Assembly: GCA_030390025.1 (NCBI GenBank)
Contig: CM059427.1
Span: forward strand, 33,418,001 to 33,482,000
DNA from: Squalus acanthias
Lineage: Eukaryota
Length of the DNA stretch: 64,000 nt
Direction of reading: 5' to 3'
In this document: positions 24,913-38,053 of the stretch, in pieces
How positions within the stretch are numbered: position 1 is the stretch's first letter
Layout: each line of letters begins with the position of its first letter
Notes under the pieces: model-generated
What the model was told of the DNA's origin: nothing
Database searches by the model: none
Seen by the model: only the letters and a program-made list of their open reading frames with translations
Translations under genes and position numbers: made by a program

Positions 24913-25130
24913 AAAATGAGAAGTCGCACAACACCAGGTTATAGTCCAACAGGTTAATTTAAAATTACGAGCTTTCGGAGCTGCTGCTCCTTCGTCAGGT
25001 ACCTGACGAAGGGGCAGCAGCTCCGAAAGCTCGTAATTTTAAATAAAGCTGTTGGACTATAACCTGGTGTTGTGCGACTTCTCATTTTTGTCCACCCCAG
25101 TCCAACACCGGCATCTCCGCATCATGACCA
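24913..25130. mobile_element. Palindromic Penelope-like terminal-repeat insertion with 13-bp TSD
   Basis: Inverted repeat 24912-25000/25001-25089 with 3 mismatches and no spacer. CTATTTTGGGGTA is duplicated at 24900-24912 and 25131-25143. It sits inside a degenerate MITE (~24740-25297). Confidence 0.85.
25000..25035 (+). ncRNA. Minimal hammerhead ribozyme (mirror copy on the minus strand at 24966-25001)
   Basis: UAC-CUGACGA-A-GGGGC-AGCA-GCUCC-GAAA-GC-UC-GUA; palindromic AGCU stem III, 3-bp stem I. Confidence 0.6.
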
Positions 25131-25619
25131 CTATTTTGGGGTAGGTGGAGGCTCCACTTCTGCAAGGCCCCACAGAATCCCTGATATAAGTCCACAACCC
25201 AATGTATCAGGGTCCCTGCCTAATTTCCAGCCCTTCCAGCACACTCTCACTGGAGATACGATGGGTCTGCACCAAAAGGGCGGCAGATTTTCAGCCCCTA
25301 CATACAGAGAGTACATTTAGACTTAATGGTACACAGTAAAGATCAATAAAAATCATCACTTTCAGTATAAGTTGTATTCTGTCATTTTATTCAAAAGAAA
25401 ATTGAGTATAACTCAAAAGCTGTAAAAGCAAAACAAACATGCAGCTCTTAGGACAGAGGGGGAAATAGATCAATATCTTTCTCTCTGATGCAAGTATTAG
25501 CAAAATAGTTATTTCAATCATTTTTAGGTCCCACTGAAAAGAAACTGGCCATGCAATCTCCCATACCTTCCTCCCAGCCTGCAAAGCCTGTCTCCTGCTG
25601 AGAATTCCTTGGCACATTC

Positions 25620-26200
25620 TGCTTCTGACTGCTCTTTACTCTCTTTCTGCTCCCCTTCATGCAACCCCAATGTAAGGCCTTTTAATGACAATGTTGCACA
25701 ACATGTTGAACACTATAACAGAGTGGAGAATGTGGTAAGCTCCTCTCCTGCCTTGCATGACCCAAGCATCAGCACCAGCAAAGCTTCAGCACATCCGAAG
25801 CTGGCTCCATGAGCACCCTGGGGTTAAGGAAAGGTGTTAGCAGTCGTGGTGCAGTGTATATTCCTTGTCTCCCAGGATTGCCTGCCATCCTATCTTCCCT
25901 TTGAAATTATTTGGTTATATTGGGCTGCCTCAATATAAAAGAATCTTGCATACTGCTTGGGTATCACGGATTTACAGGCATGATTTTCAGTTTGTGGTCG
26001 CAAGTCATTGAATGCTGAGGGAGTAGAAGTCATTCTGTTATGTATGGCCCTAGAGCATTAGCAAGAGCTTGAATAACTCTATACATGCATTCAATAGCTC
26101 TGTGCACTTTGAAGAAGAGGTCTAGCTAGTAAACCCAAGCAGCATTGCTCCTGCTCTTCGCAGGCCATGCTGAACTCTACGAACCAGTATGCCTTTGTAT
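25620..26200 (-). pseudogene. Highly degraded Harbinger transposase
   Basis: Minus-strand fragments DHKLKIMPVNP*YPSSMQDSFILRQ and ILGDKEY correspond to ..IMQFCARFPGSCPDAFIL and WLLGEKG of the 52060-52335 ORF. Confidence 0.6.
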
Positions 26201-27522
26201 AGGAGGCTCCAGTCATGTCCCAAATACAGCATTTCGCTACATAGTGGCAGGTTGCTGCAGGTAAGGGTCCTGTGCTACAGATGATCTCTCATTAAGTGTC
26301 TCTGTCACTTCCACTGACAGTGCTGTTATTCCTGCTGACTGCACCCGCAGATCATTTCACACCAACCCAAGCCTCATCCGACACTACTCCTTGTCCAGCT
26401 CCACAAAGCTATGCCTTACGTGGCAGAGCCTCATATTGGGGTAGTTGGTTGGTCCAAGTGTTGTGCCTCCAATGTTTTCAAACCTCTCTTATTTCTCAGC
26501 CTTCGCAATGTCATAGCCCACAACTGGTTCTACATCCATTCTGCTGCTACAGAGTTTGAACAGAAAAACAAAACTTCCAGAATATTATTGGCAAAGTTCT
26601 CCGCTTGACCTGCTGAACACCTTTTTTCACAATCAGAGGAACTGCACCAAAGTTGTGCAATGTGCAAAATAATGCTGCACTGTCAAATAAAAAGAGGATG
26701 CTTTGAATTTTTAAGGGCCTATTTGTGAATCAAATACTCACATAGTGAGGATTCAATCATTTGAATGTTTGATTTATAATGTTGCCCCTTATAAGTTCAA
26801 ATCACCATCTCTTCAGTTGGACAGCATAGCCATATTTGGCACATTACACAGCTTGGTCCGGATCTTTAATTGTACTTAAGGCTCTGCTCCAATGTACGGG
26901 CATAGTTTAGGCATACACAATGCTAATGTTACATGACATGACTTATTAATGTATGTGAATTTATGTAAGTCAATGCCTTTGCACAATATGCAGGCAAAGT
27001 GCATTTATGTGACTGGCTAGGAGATTTACAGTGTGCATGCTCCCTGCAGAAGTTTGTCACATATAAGCTTTATTATACTGAAAGTCGATATTTGGCTTAC
27101 AAAAAAGTACCATACTTCTGACAGTGAGAGCGGGGATTCCTTTTAAAAGTGCAGATTAATTTTGCACTGGGAAGCATGACTGACAACGAGAGGCATGTAA
27201 GAGCAGCGAAAGAGCTAAAAATGGCAATAGAATCACCCTGATCCTACTGAACACAGTAGTACGGCTTCTGATGGTGTATTCCATAGAGACTTGAATTGCT
27301 TCCTGTTTGAAAACTAACAGCAGGTCCAACTGACTTCAACAAGCATGTTTGAGACATGTAAAAGCAATTGAAAAGCTTCCTTTCTCCACTTTCATTATTT
27401 ACATTTCAGCACTTTATGCAAGGGCGAAATCCAGTTAAAGGTGAGAATACCGCATTTAACAGTGCGTTTGTGGAGGCTAGAAGGATTCCTCACCAGTTCA
27501 TACAGTTCTTTTTTGTAACCTT

Positions 27523-27775
27523 TTACATAGAATTACATAGGATATATGGCATAGAAACAGGCCATTCGGCCCAACCAGTCCATGCTGGCGTTTATGCTCC
27601 ACTCAAGCCTCCTCCCATCTTTCCTCATCTAACTCTATCAACATCACCCTCTATTCCCTTCTCCCTCATTTTCTTATCTAGCTTCCCCTTAAATGCATCT
27701 ATACTATTCAGCTGAACTACTCCCTGAGATAGCGATTTCCACATTCTCACCACTCTCTGGGTAAAGAAGTTTCTT
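27523..27775 (-). mobile_element. CR1 3' tail fragment
   Basis: CATAGAATTACATAG tail and ACCACTCTCTGGGTAAAGAAG; similar to 43908-44385. Confidence 0.75.
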
Positions 27776-27928
27776 TATAAAGGATAATATACTACAATTG
27801 CCCTTCAATGAATGGCAACAAGTAATTCTGCATGATTATTAGGAAGGTTTTACAAAGTTGATGTATTTATTTTTTAAATAAATGGTCAACTAGTTTAAAC
27901 CATTCAGCAGTGTGATTTTTCATTATGT

Positions 27929-30000
27929 GGGTGATTTTCAATTGAAGTATAAATTAGGCGGGCGGTGTGTATAGGTTGTGCACTGCGCCTGCCTGAAGGA
28001 ATCAGCCTGGGGCCCATGCTATTTTTGTGTTTGGGCCTAACTTACATTTATTCGCTGAGCTGTCAGCATGTAATGCAGACCCTATAGGCAGCTTGCCTTT
28101 TAGGAAGGCAGCAAATCCAATGGAATGGCCACTACTTAAAAGCCTGCAGTAGCACGTTAAAGTAGAGGTGCTTTTATCGTGAGGTACAGAGAGCAGCAAG
28201 ATTGTACAACAGCAGGAACATGACTTTGAACAGGGCCCCCATGTTCTCTGATGCTGATTGAACAAGTGAACAGTAGGAAGGAGTTCTTTTTCCCTCCGAA
28301 GTGGAGCAGTTGCCAAGACAAATTAGTCAACAGACATGGAGAGATGTGGCAAAAAATGTCAATGCCATGAGCACTGTCCCCAGGACCTGGCTGCAGTTCA
28401 GAAAAGAAGTGTAATGATCTGACCAGGACTGCCAAGGCAAGACTCAGCTTTGCATCTCTCATACTCTCCGCACAGCCCTGCACAACCCTTCTTTAGCCTC
28501 AGCACCATCAATCCTTCCCTTTCCCACTTCCCATGGCTCTCCTCAAGTCAGCAGGGAACACTTCACTGCACCTCCTTTCTGCTTCCACACACACCCTCAA
28601 AACCTGCCACTGCCCTCACAACTACTTTTCACACTTGCTGCTTGTTCCTATCATCATGCACACTATGGTAAGCTGCCTCATGCAGTTTGAAAACCCTTGC
28701 CCAGGGCACATATTAACCTAATTCCACTTTTATTGCAGGAGAAGCTGGCACACAACAGGAGGGAGAGCACCAGAACAGGAGGAGGTCCTGTCACTCTACA
28801 GACACTGACACCAATGGAAGAAGTTGGCATCAACATTATTGGCAGAGAGGGTACGCAGCATTATAGATGGCCAGGCTGGAGGCCAGGCACAGCAGGGTGT
28901 TTGGGCATCTTCCCTTCCTTTTCTGTTTCTACTTAACTCTCTCAGTTACACACTCACACAGTCAAACAGCATGACAACCCGATGCAGTGCGCTGCAACTG
29001 ATCTGCTAAGTTAATCCTTCGCCCCCCCCCCCCCCCACTTTTTCTAGGTCCATCAGACAACTTGGGCATTGCAGCCACACAGGCTGAGGAGGAGAGCCCT
29101 CCTGAAGATGACACTCACTCACTCTTACCCTACCAAGAACCACCACAGCAATCAGTACCCCACGTGGTATAGATGGTGAGTTAGCGGGGTCTGCACTGAT
29201 TCACCGAGCACTAGTGAGCAGAGGCAGGTGGAAAGGAAACAGGTTATCAGAGGGTAAGGTCATGACTGAGCACTGTTGAAGAGGTGCTGACTTTAAGGGC
29301 TCAGCCTTTAAAAGAATTAAATTGCTGAATGTATTGAACAGCTTGCCAGAGAACTTCCAAAACATGTCGAAGTGCAGGAGTCCACTACCAACTTGTGTGA
29401 GGTTCTAGCACTCGGAATTGACACTCTGGAGTGAACCATGGAGCGTGTGGTCACCTCAATAAAATGTTGCCGCTGGGCTCTCCCTGCAGGAGACTTGCGC
29501 CAGTAATAGTATCTCTCAGGGAGGCTTATATTAGGACCATGCAGGCTGTGAGCTCCACCATCTCCTCCACCTTGAACAGGAGACTGAATGGATGAGGGCT
29601 AGAATCAGACCAAGGATGTCCTACAGTCTGCTCTCCCACAGACCAGTAAGAGTGCTGAGCTGCAGCCTGACAGCAGGGGCAGTCATGCAATGGAAAAGGA
29701 ACATGTTGCCATCTCTCATGAATGACAGAGCATCTGGGATGCTTGCAACCCCTCAACCCAATGCCCACCTTGGCGCTAGAAAGCCAGCTGGGCCAGACTG
29801 CTCCAGCTGACGCTGTCTGCAACCAAACCTTCTCAGGCCCGAGCTCCTAAAGGCCGTCGAGCATAAGCATCTCACGAGCTCTTGACTGAACCACAGCAGC
29901 CTCCCACCTCCCATGCTGCAGCCACTGGGGGAGCACTTCATAGAAGCACCAGACTAGGTAAGAGAGCACTAATGGCAGGTAATAGGTGCCCACACCAGAG
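27929..30000 (+). mobile_element. Harbinger element with degraded 3-exon Myb/SANT gene
   Basis: Exon 1 remnant ~28200-28436 (WRDVAKNVNAMSTVPRTWLQ), exon 2 after TTGCAG at 28739 (EKLAHNRRESTRTGGGP), exon 3 after TTTCTAG at ~29048. Same layout as 61629-63411. Confidence 0.7.
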
Positions 30001-30297
30001 TGATAGTGTATAGACATTACTGTAAGCAAGTAAAATAATAAGTCTTTTTGAAATCTTTGTGTGCAGAGTCCTCGCAAAGGTTCATAAGAATTGAAAGGGC
30101 AAAAGGGGAAATGCAGAAGCTCTATTTCTTGAAGTTTGGAGTTCAGGTAATATAGGTTACAAATTCTTCTGGTCACTTTGTGCAGTGACTTCGTAAATGT
30201 TTTCATGAAGATTTCTATTAAAATTGTGAACACATTCTACGTTTCAATAATTTTGAAGGAAATATCAAACAAAGGACATTTATCCGAATACATTTAT

Positions 30298-31051
30298 GGG
30301 GCCGGATTTTCCGACCCCCACGGGTGCGTATGAGGTGTGTACACGCCCGTAGGGGCCGCGCAAGTGCTGGTTTCAGGCATGCGCGAAAACCCGGCACTTG
30401 CGATCTGTCAAGAATCCTCTTGACAGATCATCCGCCTGCCCGGGAGAAGGGCCGCCGCAGGCAGGGAGTTCCGCTTTTTGCACAACTTCCGCCCGCTGAA
30501 AACCTTTAAAAATCTTATGCCTGGTAAAAGCACGCACAAAGCCTGCTTTTACCAGCATAAGAGTTTTAAAAAAAAATTAAAAATGTTCACTCATTTATAA
30601 TTTTAAAATACTTTTAAAAAACGGTAAGTTTATTTTTAGCCCCGTAAAAAACTTTAATTATTTTTTTCAAAAAATTACATTTTTGTTTAAAATATTTAAT
30701 TTTAACTCATTTTAACTCATTTTAAATATGTGATTTAAAAAAAAAATTATTTAATGTTTAACTGTTTTTTAAGTGATCCCCATTCATACTTTTGCCAGAT
30801 CTATGCGTAGAGAACTGTCAAAAGTGTGAAGGGGGATTCCCTTCTTTGATTGGTTCCCCATGGCCCACGTGATCCCAGGGGCGCTTGTGAACCGCATGCG
30901 CCCCTGGGATACCTGGGCCTCTGCGCATTTCGTAGAGCAGAGGCCCAGGATCGGAAGTCTCGGGACCTACGGAGCCAGCAGGTAAGTGCATAGATTTTTT
31001 CCGATCGGAGGCATCCGCACGCAGGAAGCCTCCGATCGGAAATTCAGGGCC
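30298..31051. mobile_element. Harbinger-type MITE
   Basis: TIR GGGCCGGATTTTCCGA / TCGGAAATTCAGGGCC; GC-rich arms around an AT-rich core. Confidence 0.7.
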
Positions 31052-31230
31052 ATGATGTCACTGAAAATGGCAAGAAAGATGAGAAAGGTTTTATTCCCTA
31101 ACACTGTGATCACACATCTTAATGAGCAATAAAGTTGGAACAAAACATTTTTTTACTCAATTGTATTTTGTCAACCTTTCTATGACCCAGCAGTACAGCA
31201 ATGGTTGCCGAGTGATTGAGAGAACATTAT

Positions 31231-32036
31231 GGGGGCGATTTTGTTAATGGGGTTTTTTGGAGGCGGGACTGCTGCTTGGCGGGTCGATGTCCCGTCTCCA
31301 TCGATTTGTGGCCAACCCACGCTATTTTCCCTTGATTGACCTTGTTAAGCCTGCCCAGCGGGCTTAGCAGGCCAATTAAGGAAAAGCCGGTTGCAGAGAA
31401 CATCAACGTATGATGTTTCATCTGTCAAAAACTATTGACAGATTAATTGTCATCGTTTGACAGCTCTGTGAATCTGTCAAACAGTGACATTCTCTGTAGT
31501 TTGATGAGGTCTTGAATTTACAGAAATGAGATGGTTGTTGCACCTGAGAATGCAACGGCCATCTCTCATCTGCAACACGGAGGTCCGAGACTCTCCGCAT
31601 ACACACCGACTGAAGCCTGCAGGAAGAAACAAAGGTAAGTACACTTTCAAAAACATTTAGGAGTTACCTCAGATACTCACCTCTCCACTCTTGCACCCAT
31701 CACTACCTTCACACCACACTTTTGTACGCCCCCGACCCCCGCAGACCCAGAAATCGCCTCGCTGACCTGGTGGGTTTTGGAGCCTTCGGGAAGCCCGCAC
31801 TTGTGAGGGCAAAAAGGGGATAATCCTATTTTCTGCCTGTTAACTACCTGTTAACAAGCAGGTAATAGGCTTTAATCCCTTCCCACCTCCAAGGAGATGG
31901 GACCCGGCGCAGGACGGTTACCTGCCTCCTAGGAAGATGGCATGGAGGCGGGTTGGGCACCCGCCCCCAAATTCTGCCATTTTCCCGGCAGTCCTGCCTC
32001 CATACCCGCCTCCCCAGGGCTGGCAAAATCGCCCCC
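31231..32036. mobile_element. Harbinger MITE related to the 61629 element
   Basis: TIR GGGGGCGATTTTG / CAAAATCGCCCCC. The subterminal CCAACCCACGCTATTTTCCCTTGATTGACCTTGTTAAGCC is also present at ~61710-61750. Confidence 0.8.
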
Positions 32037-33564
32037 AGTGTGACTGAGGGACCACAGCGTGATTAAGATGAGAGAACAAAGAGTAATTGAGGCAACACCA
32101 AGTGACTGGGTTTGTACAAATTTCAGGCAGATGAAAATGGATAAATATTTGAAAAGGAAAAATGTAAAAGAATACAGGGTAAGAGCAGGAAAATGGGATT
32201 GGAATAGAGAGTTGCAGTTAGATGGCACCCATCACAGATCTGATGGGCTGAATGGCATCCTTCTGTGCTGTGATTTCTATGATACTACTAGTTTGTGTTA
32301 CGAGTACATTTTCTGATCATATGAGGCCAGCTGGAGCCTTTGGTGTTTTTGATCATCATCATGAAAATCGTGGCTACTAATCAGAAAACGCATTCACACA
32401 CATTAAAGACATTAAGGAATTTAATTTCCGAAGTGACTATTTTTAGTGCAGTAGTTAACGTGTTCTTCTTAAATTTCTGTCTGCAATAATTTAATGCAGT
32501 CATTAACCCATTTATTTTAAACAATGTTACGACTGCATTAAGATAGGGTAAACAGGAATTTAATGTAAACATGTGCCAAGTGGAGGAAATTAAATCCCTT
32601 GGAAGGAGTTATCAGCTTTGCATTTAATGTTTTTTCATTTCAACTTGAATAGATTTCAGACATTTGCAACATTTCTTGAGACTACTGCAGGTGAAATGCA
32701 TCTGTTCATTAATATTAGTGAAAATGTTAAGGTGAGTATAACGTTCAGAATCAATTTACATAGATTAGCATTTTCACTAACATCAGCAAATAGAGGAATT
32801 CCGTTCTCCCCACCCAACCACCACCACCCCCCCCCCGCCACCCCACTCCCCCACCCCGCCACCCAACTTCCCAACTCTCTTACAGACTCAGCACTCATTT
32901 AGAGGTCTTTTTGGGACCTGAATCCTAAAATAACAAAGAAGAAGCAGAAAAGTGGATTGTGCAATCTGAGACACACAAATATTACTTCCATTGTTCTGAT
33001 TTTATGCAAAATTCTGCCACAAAAGGTTTAAATCAATAAATTAATGTTGTAGTATGAAATTTTGCAGCTTTTGGCTAAAATATTCAATGCTAATAAAATG
33101 CAGTATAAAGCAAAGTATGTATCTGCATAAGATAATGTGCGTTAGACAAGAATATAATTACAATGTATGGTTGCCCAGATTATTGAACATGACCAACTTA
33201 AAATACAGCACTGAGATATAAATTTGGTCAATGGCCAGTAGTCTCAGATAATGCCAATACCTATTACTTCTGATATCCAAAACATCAGGACTGTGGTGTC
33301 TTTGCGTGCCTGCAGCAATGACTGGCTAAGTAACCTTGTTTGTGTAGATGTCAGTGACTACAGCTGAGCAATATAGCAAAACAAACAGGGATTCCAATTT
33401 TTTTGCCCTGGCTTTTGACTTCACTAAGCTGGGATGATGGGACTGTGTACAGGAAGACCTGAATGGAAGAGTGTTAACTGGCAAAGATCTACAGGAGCTG
33501 TCACAAGGAAGGGCATGATGATGCCTTCTTGTGGCTAACATGGCCAAGCTAGTTATGAAGGCTC

Positions 33565-33714
33565 GGGATTTTCCTCAGAGCTGCTCGAGCTGCACCACCA
33601 CAACGTCACAGGAAGTGTGGCGGAAACCCCGTTTATGGCCATTAGCTGGGTTTTCCATTGCATGTCCGGCAAACCTATGGTGGCGGAGAGGGAGCAGCTC
33701 TGAGGACATTTCCG
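33565..33714. mobile_element. Short hairpin MITE
   Basis: Perfect 15-bp inverted repeat TCCTCAGAGCTGCTC (33572-33586) / GAGCAGCTCTGAGGA (33692-33706); related remnant at ~33880-33990. Confidence 0.55.
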
Positions 33715-34511
33715 GTATTGGCGTTGGGCTTCACAGTACACAATTGCCCAGTGTCACCCAATAGATTCACACTATTGCCATTAACTGTAGTGTTTTGACA
33801 TTATAAGTATGAAAGTTATAAAATATCATAGATCTATTTTGCTTTCCACAGTATTTCTTCCAAACCTATTGGAACAAAATGGCTGAAATTTCCTCAGAGT
33901 TCCACCCACTTGGCTGCTGTAACTTTGCCAGAAGTGCTCCAGAAACCCCGTTTATCCAGGCCAATGATTTTTTAAGGAACACTGTAGGAAAGCTTTGCAC
34001 ATTCATTGTCCCTCATTTGCTATTCTCAGCCTGTCCCCAGTGTACATCCCAATTAATCAAATTATTTCATTGCAGATCTAATATCAACATGAAAGTATCT
34101 AACCTTAACATACCCTGGCACACCACAGTGACTCAAGGAAACATCATTAGGTTTTTCTGTTATCCAACACTAATTTCAGATTAATTTCATTAAATCATTC
34201 AAACCATTTATCTAATATAATTCATTAGTATTCAAACTTAAACTTGATTGTACATGAAAAATGATGTGTGCTAACAAAGCACAGCAAACATGAAAAGTAT
34301 GAGAATAGGTCTCTTGTAAAGCAGGAGTGGTCCTATTGTATTATACATTTATAATAAGTGTTTGGGCTCTTTATTATATATTATTTCAAGTTTATACTGT
34401 TACTTTTTTTGTTAAAAAATATTAAATGATAAAGAACAACCAAATTATTTAACTAAAATAATATAGGACCATATTTGCCTCTCCTCATAAATGTAAAATG
34501 TTACCACCTAA

Positions 34512-36076
34512 TTTTTTTAAATTCATTCATGGGATGTGGGCGTCATTGGCAAGGCCAGCATTTATTGCCCACCCCTGGTTGCCCTTGAGAAGGTGGTGGT
34601 GAGCCGCTTTCTTGAACCGCTGCAGTCCGTGTGGTGAAGGTACTCCCACAGTGCTGTTAGGGAAGGAGTTCCAGGATTTTGACCCAGCGATGATGAAGGA
34701 TTGGCAATATACTTCCAAGTCAGGATGGTGTGTGACTTGGAGGGGGACTTGGAGGTGGTGGTGTTCCCATGCGCCTGCTGCCCTTGTCCTTCTAGGTGGA
34801 AGAGGTCGCAGGTTTGGGAGGTGCTGCCGAAGAAGCCTTGGCAAGTTGCTGCAGTGCATCTTGTACATGATACACACTGCAACCACGGTATGCCGGTGGT
34901 GGAGGGAGTGAATAATTAAGGTGGTCGATGGGGTGCCAATCAAGCAGGCTGCTTTATCCTGGATGGTGTCGATCTTCTTGAGTGTTGTTGGAGCTGCACT
35001 CATCCAGGCAAGTGGAGAGTATTCCATCACACTCCTCACTTGTGCCTTGTAGATGGTGGGAAGGCTTTGGGGAGTCAAGAGGTGAGACACTCGCTGCAGA
35101 ACTCCTACCCTCTGACCTGCTCTTGTTGCCACAGTATTTATGTGGCTAGTCCAGTTAAGTTTCTGGTCAATGGTGACCCCCAGGATGTTGATAGTGGGGG
35201 ATTCGGCGATGGTAATGCCGTTGAATGTCAAGGAGCAGTGCTTAGACTCTCGCTTGTTGGAGATAGTCATTGCCTGGCACTTGTGTGACGCGAATGTTAC
35301 CCGCCACTTTTCAGCCCAAGCCTGAATGTCGTCCAGGTCTTGCTGCATGCGGACATAGCCTGCTTCATTATCTGAGGAGTTGCGAATGGAACTGAACACT
35401 GTGCAATCATCAGTGAACATTCCCACTTCTGACCTTATGATGGCGGGAAGGTCATTGATGAAGCAGCTGAAGATGGTTGGGTCTAGGACACTGCCCTGAG
35501 GAACTTCTGCAGCGATGTCCTGGGGCTGAGATGATTGGCCTCCAACAAACACAACCATTTTCTTTTGTGCTAGGTATGACTCCAGCCAGTGGAGAGATGT
35601 CCCCCTGATTCCCATTGACTTCAATTTTACTAGGGCTCCTTGATGCCGCACTCAGTCAAATTGATGTCAAGAGCAGTCACTCTCACCTCACTTCTGGAAT
35701 TCAGCTCCTTTGTCCATGTTTGGACCAAGGCTGTAATGAGGTCTGGAGCCAAGTGGTCCTGGCGGAACCCAAGCTTAGCATCGGTGAGCAGGATATTGGT
35801 GAGTAAGTGCTGCTTGATAGCACTGTCAACAACACCTTCCATCACTTTGCTGATGATTGAGACTAGACTGATGGGCCCGTAATTGGTCGGATTGGATTTG
35901 TCCTGCTTTTTGTGGACAGGACATACCTGGGCAGTTTTCCACATTGTCGGGTAGATGCCAGTGTTGAAGCTGTACTGGAACAGCTTGGCTAGAGGCGCGG
36001 CTAGTTCTGGAGCACAAGACTTCAGCACGACAGTCGGGATATTGTCGGGGCCCATAGCCTTTGCTGTCTCCAAACA
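34512..36076 (-). mobile_element. LINE-B, 5'-truncated RT copy
   Basis: ORF 34527-35651 (374 aa; VPQGSVL, MFTDD) and 35630-36118; same 3' end as 6361-7860. Confidence 0.9.
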
Positions 36077-36799
36077 TTTAAAATTTGGGAGGAAATATTG
36101 TGTTACTGTTGACTGCACTGATATTTACTGATGATATTTAGGATTAGCATATAATGGTCCCAAATTTCCTTGAGCGTTCCCGGTTAGCCTGTATGGTGTG
36201 GAACCTTTGCTCGTCCCTTAGGAAGCCAATATGCCAAGGGGCTGGAGCCAGGGGTGTGGACTCCCTACGTTGGGAATCCTTGCTTGCCTGACTCAGAAGG
36301 CGTACAACATAATACTGGAGGTCAGTGCACCGAGAGAGATGAGGCATTCTGGCCTCTAAATGGATGTAAGTGAGCCTCACCAAGGAGGTCCAGTCAAGAG
36401 AACTAGCCTGGAACTCCAAAAAAGAAGTAGGGATTTTTTATCTTGAAAACAAATATGGACAGCGTCCAAGGGGCACCTTCATGGGGTCTCAGGAGGGGAC
36501 CGGGGCAGGTGCTGGTACTCCGGCCACATAGGATAAGCAGGTGCTGAAGATGCACTGGAAGGCACCTGTGGACACGATCCTCGTGTAATTGCTGTCTTTG
36601 TGGCCCATGCATTTTGTGAGTTTCTGCCCACAGAACTCGAGAGAGTCTTCAATTGTGGAGCGCAGGTGACTGGAATTTAAAGCGTTCCAGCAGTTATTTA
36701 AACAACAGCATTCTCTCCTGCAAGACAAGCAAAAGGATTTAGAGCTAGCACATTCCTGCACCATGGAAGGTTCCTGCCCGTGCACACCCTGGTTTACAG

Positions 36800-37940
36800 A
36801 TGTTGTCAATAAAGTCATAGTGGATGAAGTAGGGTAAAGGAGGCTGCCCTCTATGGGGGGGGGGGGGAAGAATACCCTCCACAGAAAGGAGTGATGCAAC
36901 TATCCTGGCTGGAGATAGCTGATACTATGAATGCCTGAGGAAAACTACCAAAGTTAAGGCTACCCAAGTAGCTGCACCAAGTGTTTTTTCATAAGCTGAT
37001 ACTCTTTTACTGCTGACTCATCCAAAGTATTCGTACAACCTTACAGCCTTTTGAATGCTTACCATGCATGGCTCTACTTCAGTATTACAGAAGTAGAAGC
37101 TGCAGCTTACAACTGAAGCTGTTGTCACACTCAAATCGTAAAGGGGTTGACACATTGATGCCATCAATGGCCCCCCCGTAGTTTGGTAAATCCACAAGTG
37201 CAGTGAAATTGAGCAGCCCTGTCATGCTGCTATTACTAATTAGTGGGAAAGCAGTTGAAGGAGTTGGCCCTGCTCAACAATATCATCTGTTTGGCACAGC
37301 CATGGGCAGCAAGTTTGCTGATACGACGGATGTTCCCTGTGCTAGTCCACAAGGGGCCTACAGCATAATGGTTGCAGGCCATGCTCACTTTGACTGACAT
37401 TGGCAATGCCATCTTTATGGTGGAGATTGGCTGCAGGCCTCATTGAGCAGATAACACCGCTCTGTAGTTGCCACCTGCTGAACTGGAGTGGCAGAGCTTC
37501 TCCATCTTTGATTGGCAGCTGAGCCATGGCCTGTAGATATAGTTGGTGGCAAATTGGTAGGTATTGCCAGCCCCCCTGGTGTTATCTGATATCTGTGGTA
37601 TCCATTCTTTGTTCTTCTTCATCCTTATTAAATGCAGTGAGAGGGGAGCACTAAATGCACCCCCCCCCCCCTTGATTACAATGGAATAGTAGCAATATAA
37701 ATGGAGCACCGCAGCCTTAAGAGATCCCTTCATGGCAAGAAAGAGCCCAAGTGGCTTTTAACAACAATTTGAAATGGGCAAGATCAGCGCACGCAACACG
37801 GGAATTCAGGAAAATGACAGGCTCTGCGTTACCACCTACTTTGCATGAAATTTAAATGTATGGTTGAGCTTTGCACATTCTGTGTGAAGGAGCACACCCC
37901 CAACAGGAAACCCGGTCAGAAAATTGATGCAAAGCGCAGA
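36800..37940. mobile_element. Probable highly degraded Harbinger remnant
   Basis: LSWLEIADTMNA (~36900-36935) resembles Myb exon 1; the rest is unresolved. Confidence 0.3.
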
Positions 37941-38053
37941 ATTTCCACATATATAATGGAAGCATGAGCAAAAAAACACAAACCAAATTGGTAAAGAATC
38001 AGAAGCATGCATTCAATGATTCATATACCTCCAGTTACAGAAACTGGCATGTT

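Noticed and set aside
27116-27240. Possible minus-strand exon (AG...GTATG)
   Set aside because: The open frame (SFAALTCLSLSVMLPSAK...) resembles no protein I recognise, and I found no partner exons.
26830-27361. CArG box CCATATTTGG (26830-26839) and p53-like AAGCATGTTT-G-AGACATGTAA (27341-27361)
   Set aside because: Isolated short motifs expected by chance in 64 kb; the second p53 half-site is imperfect.
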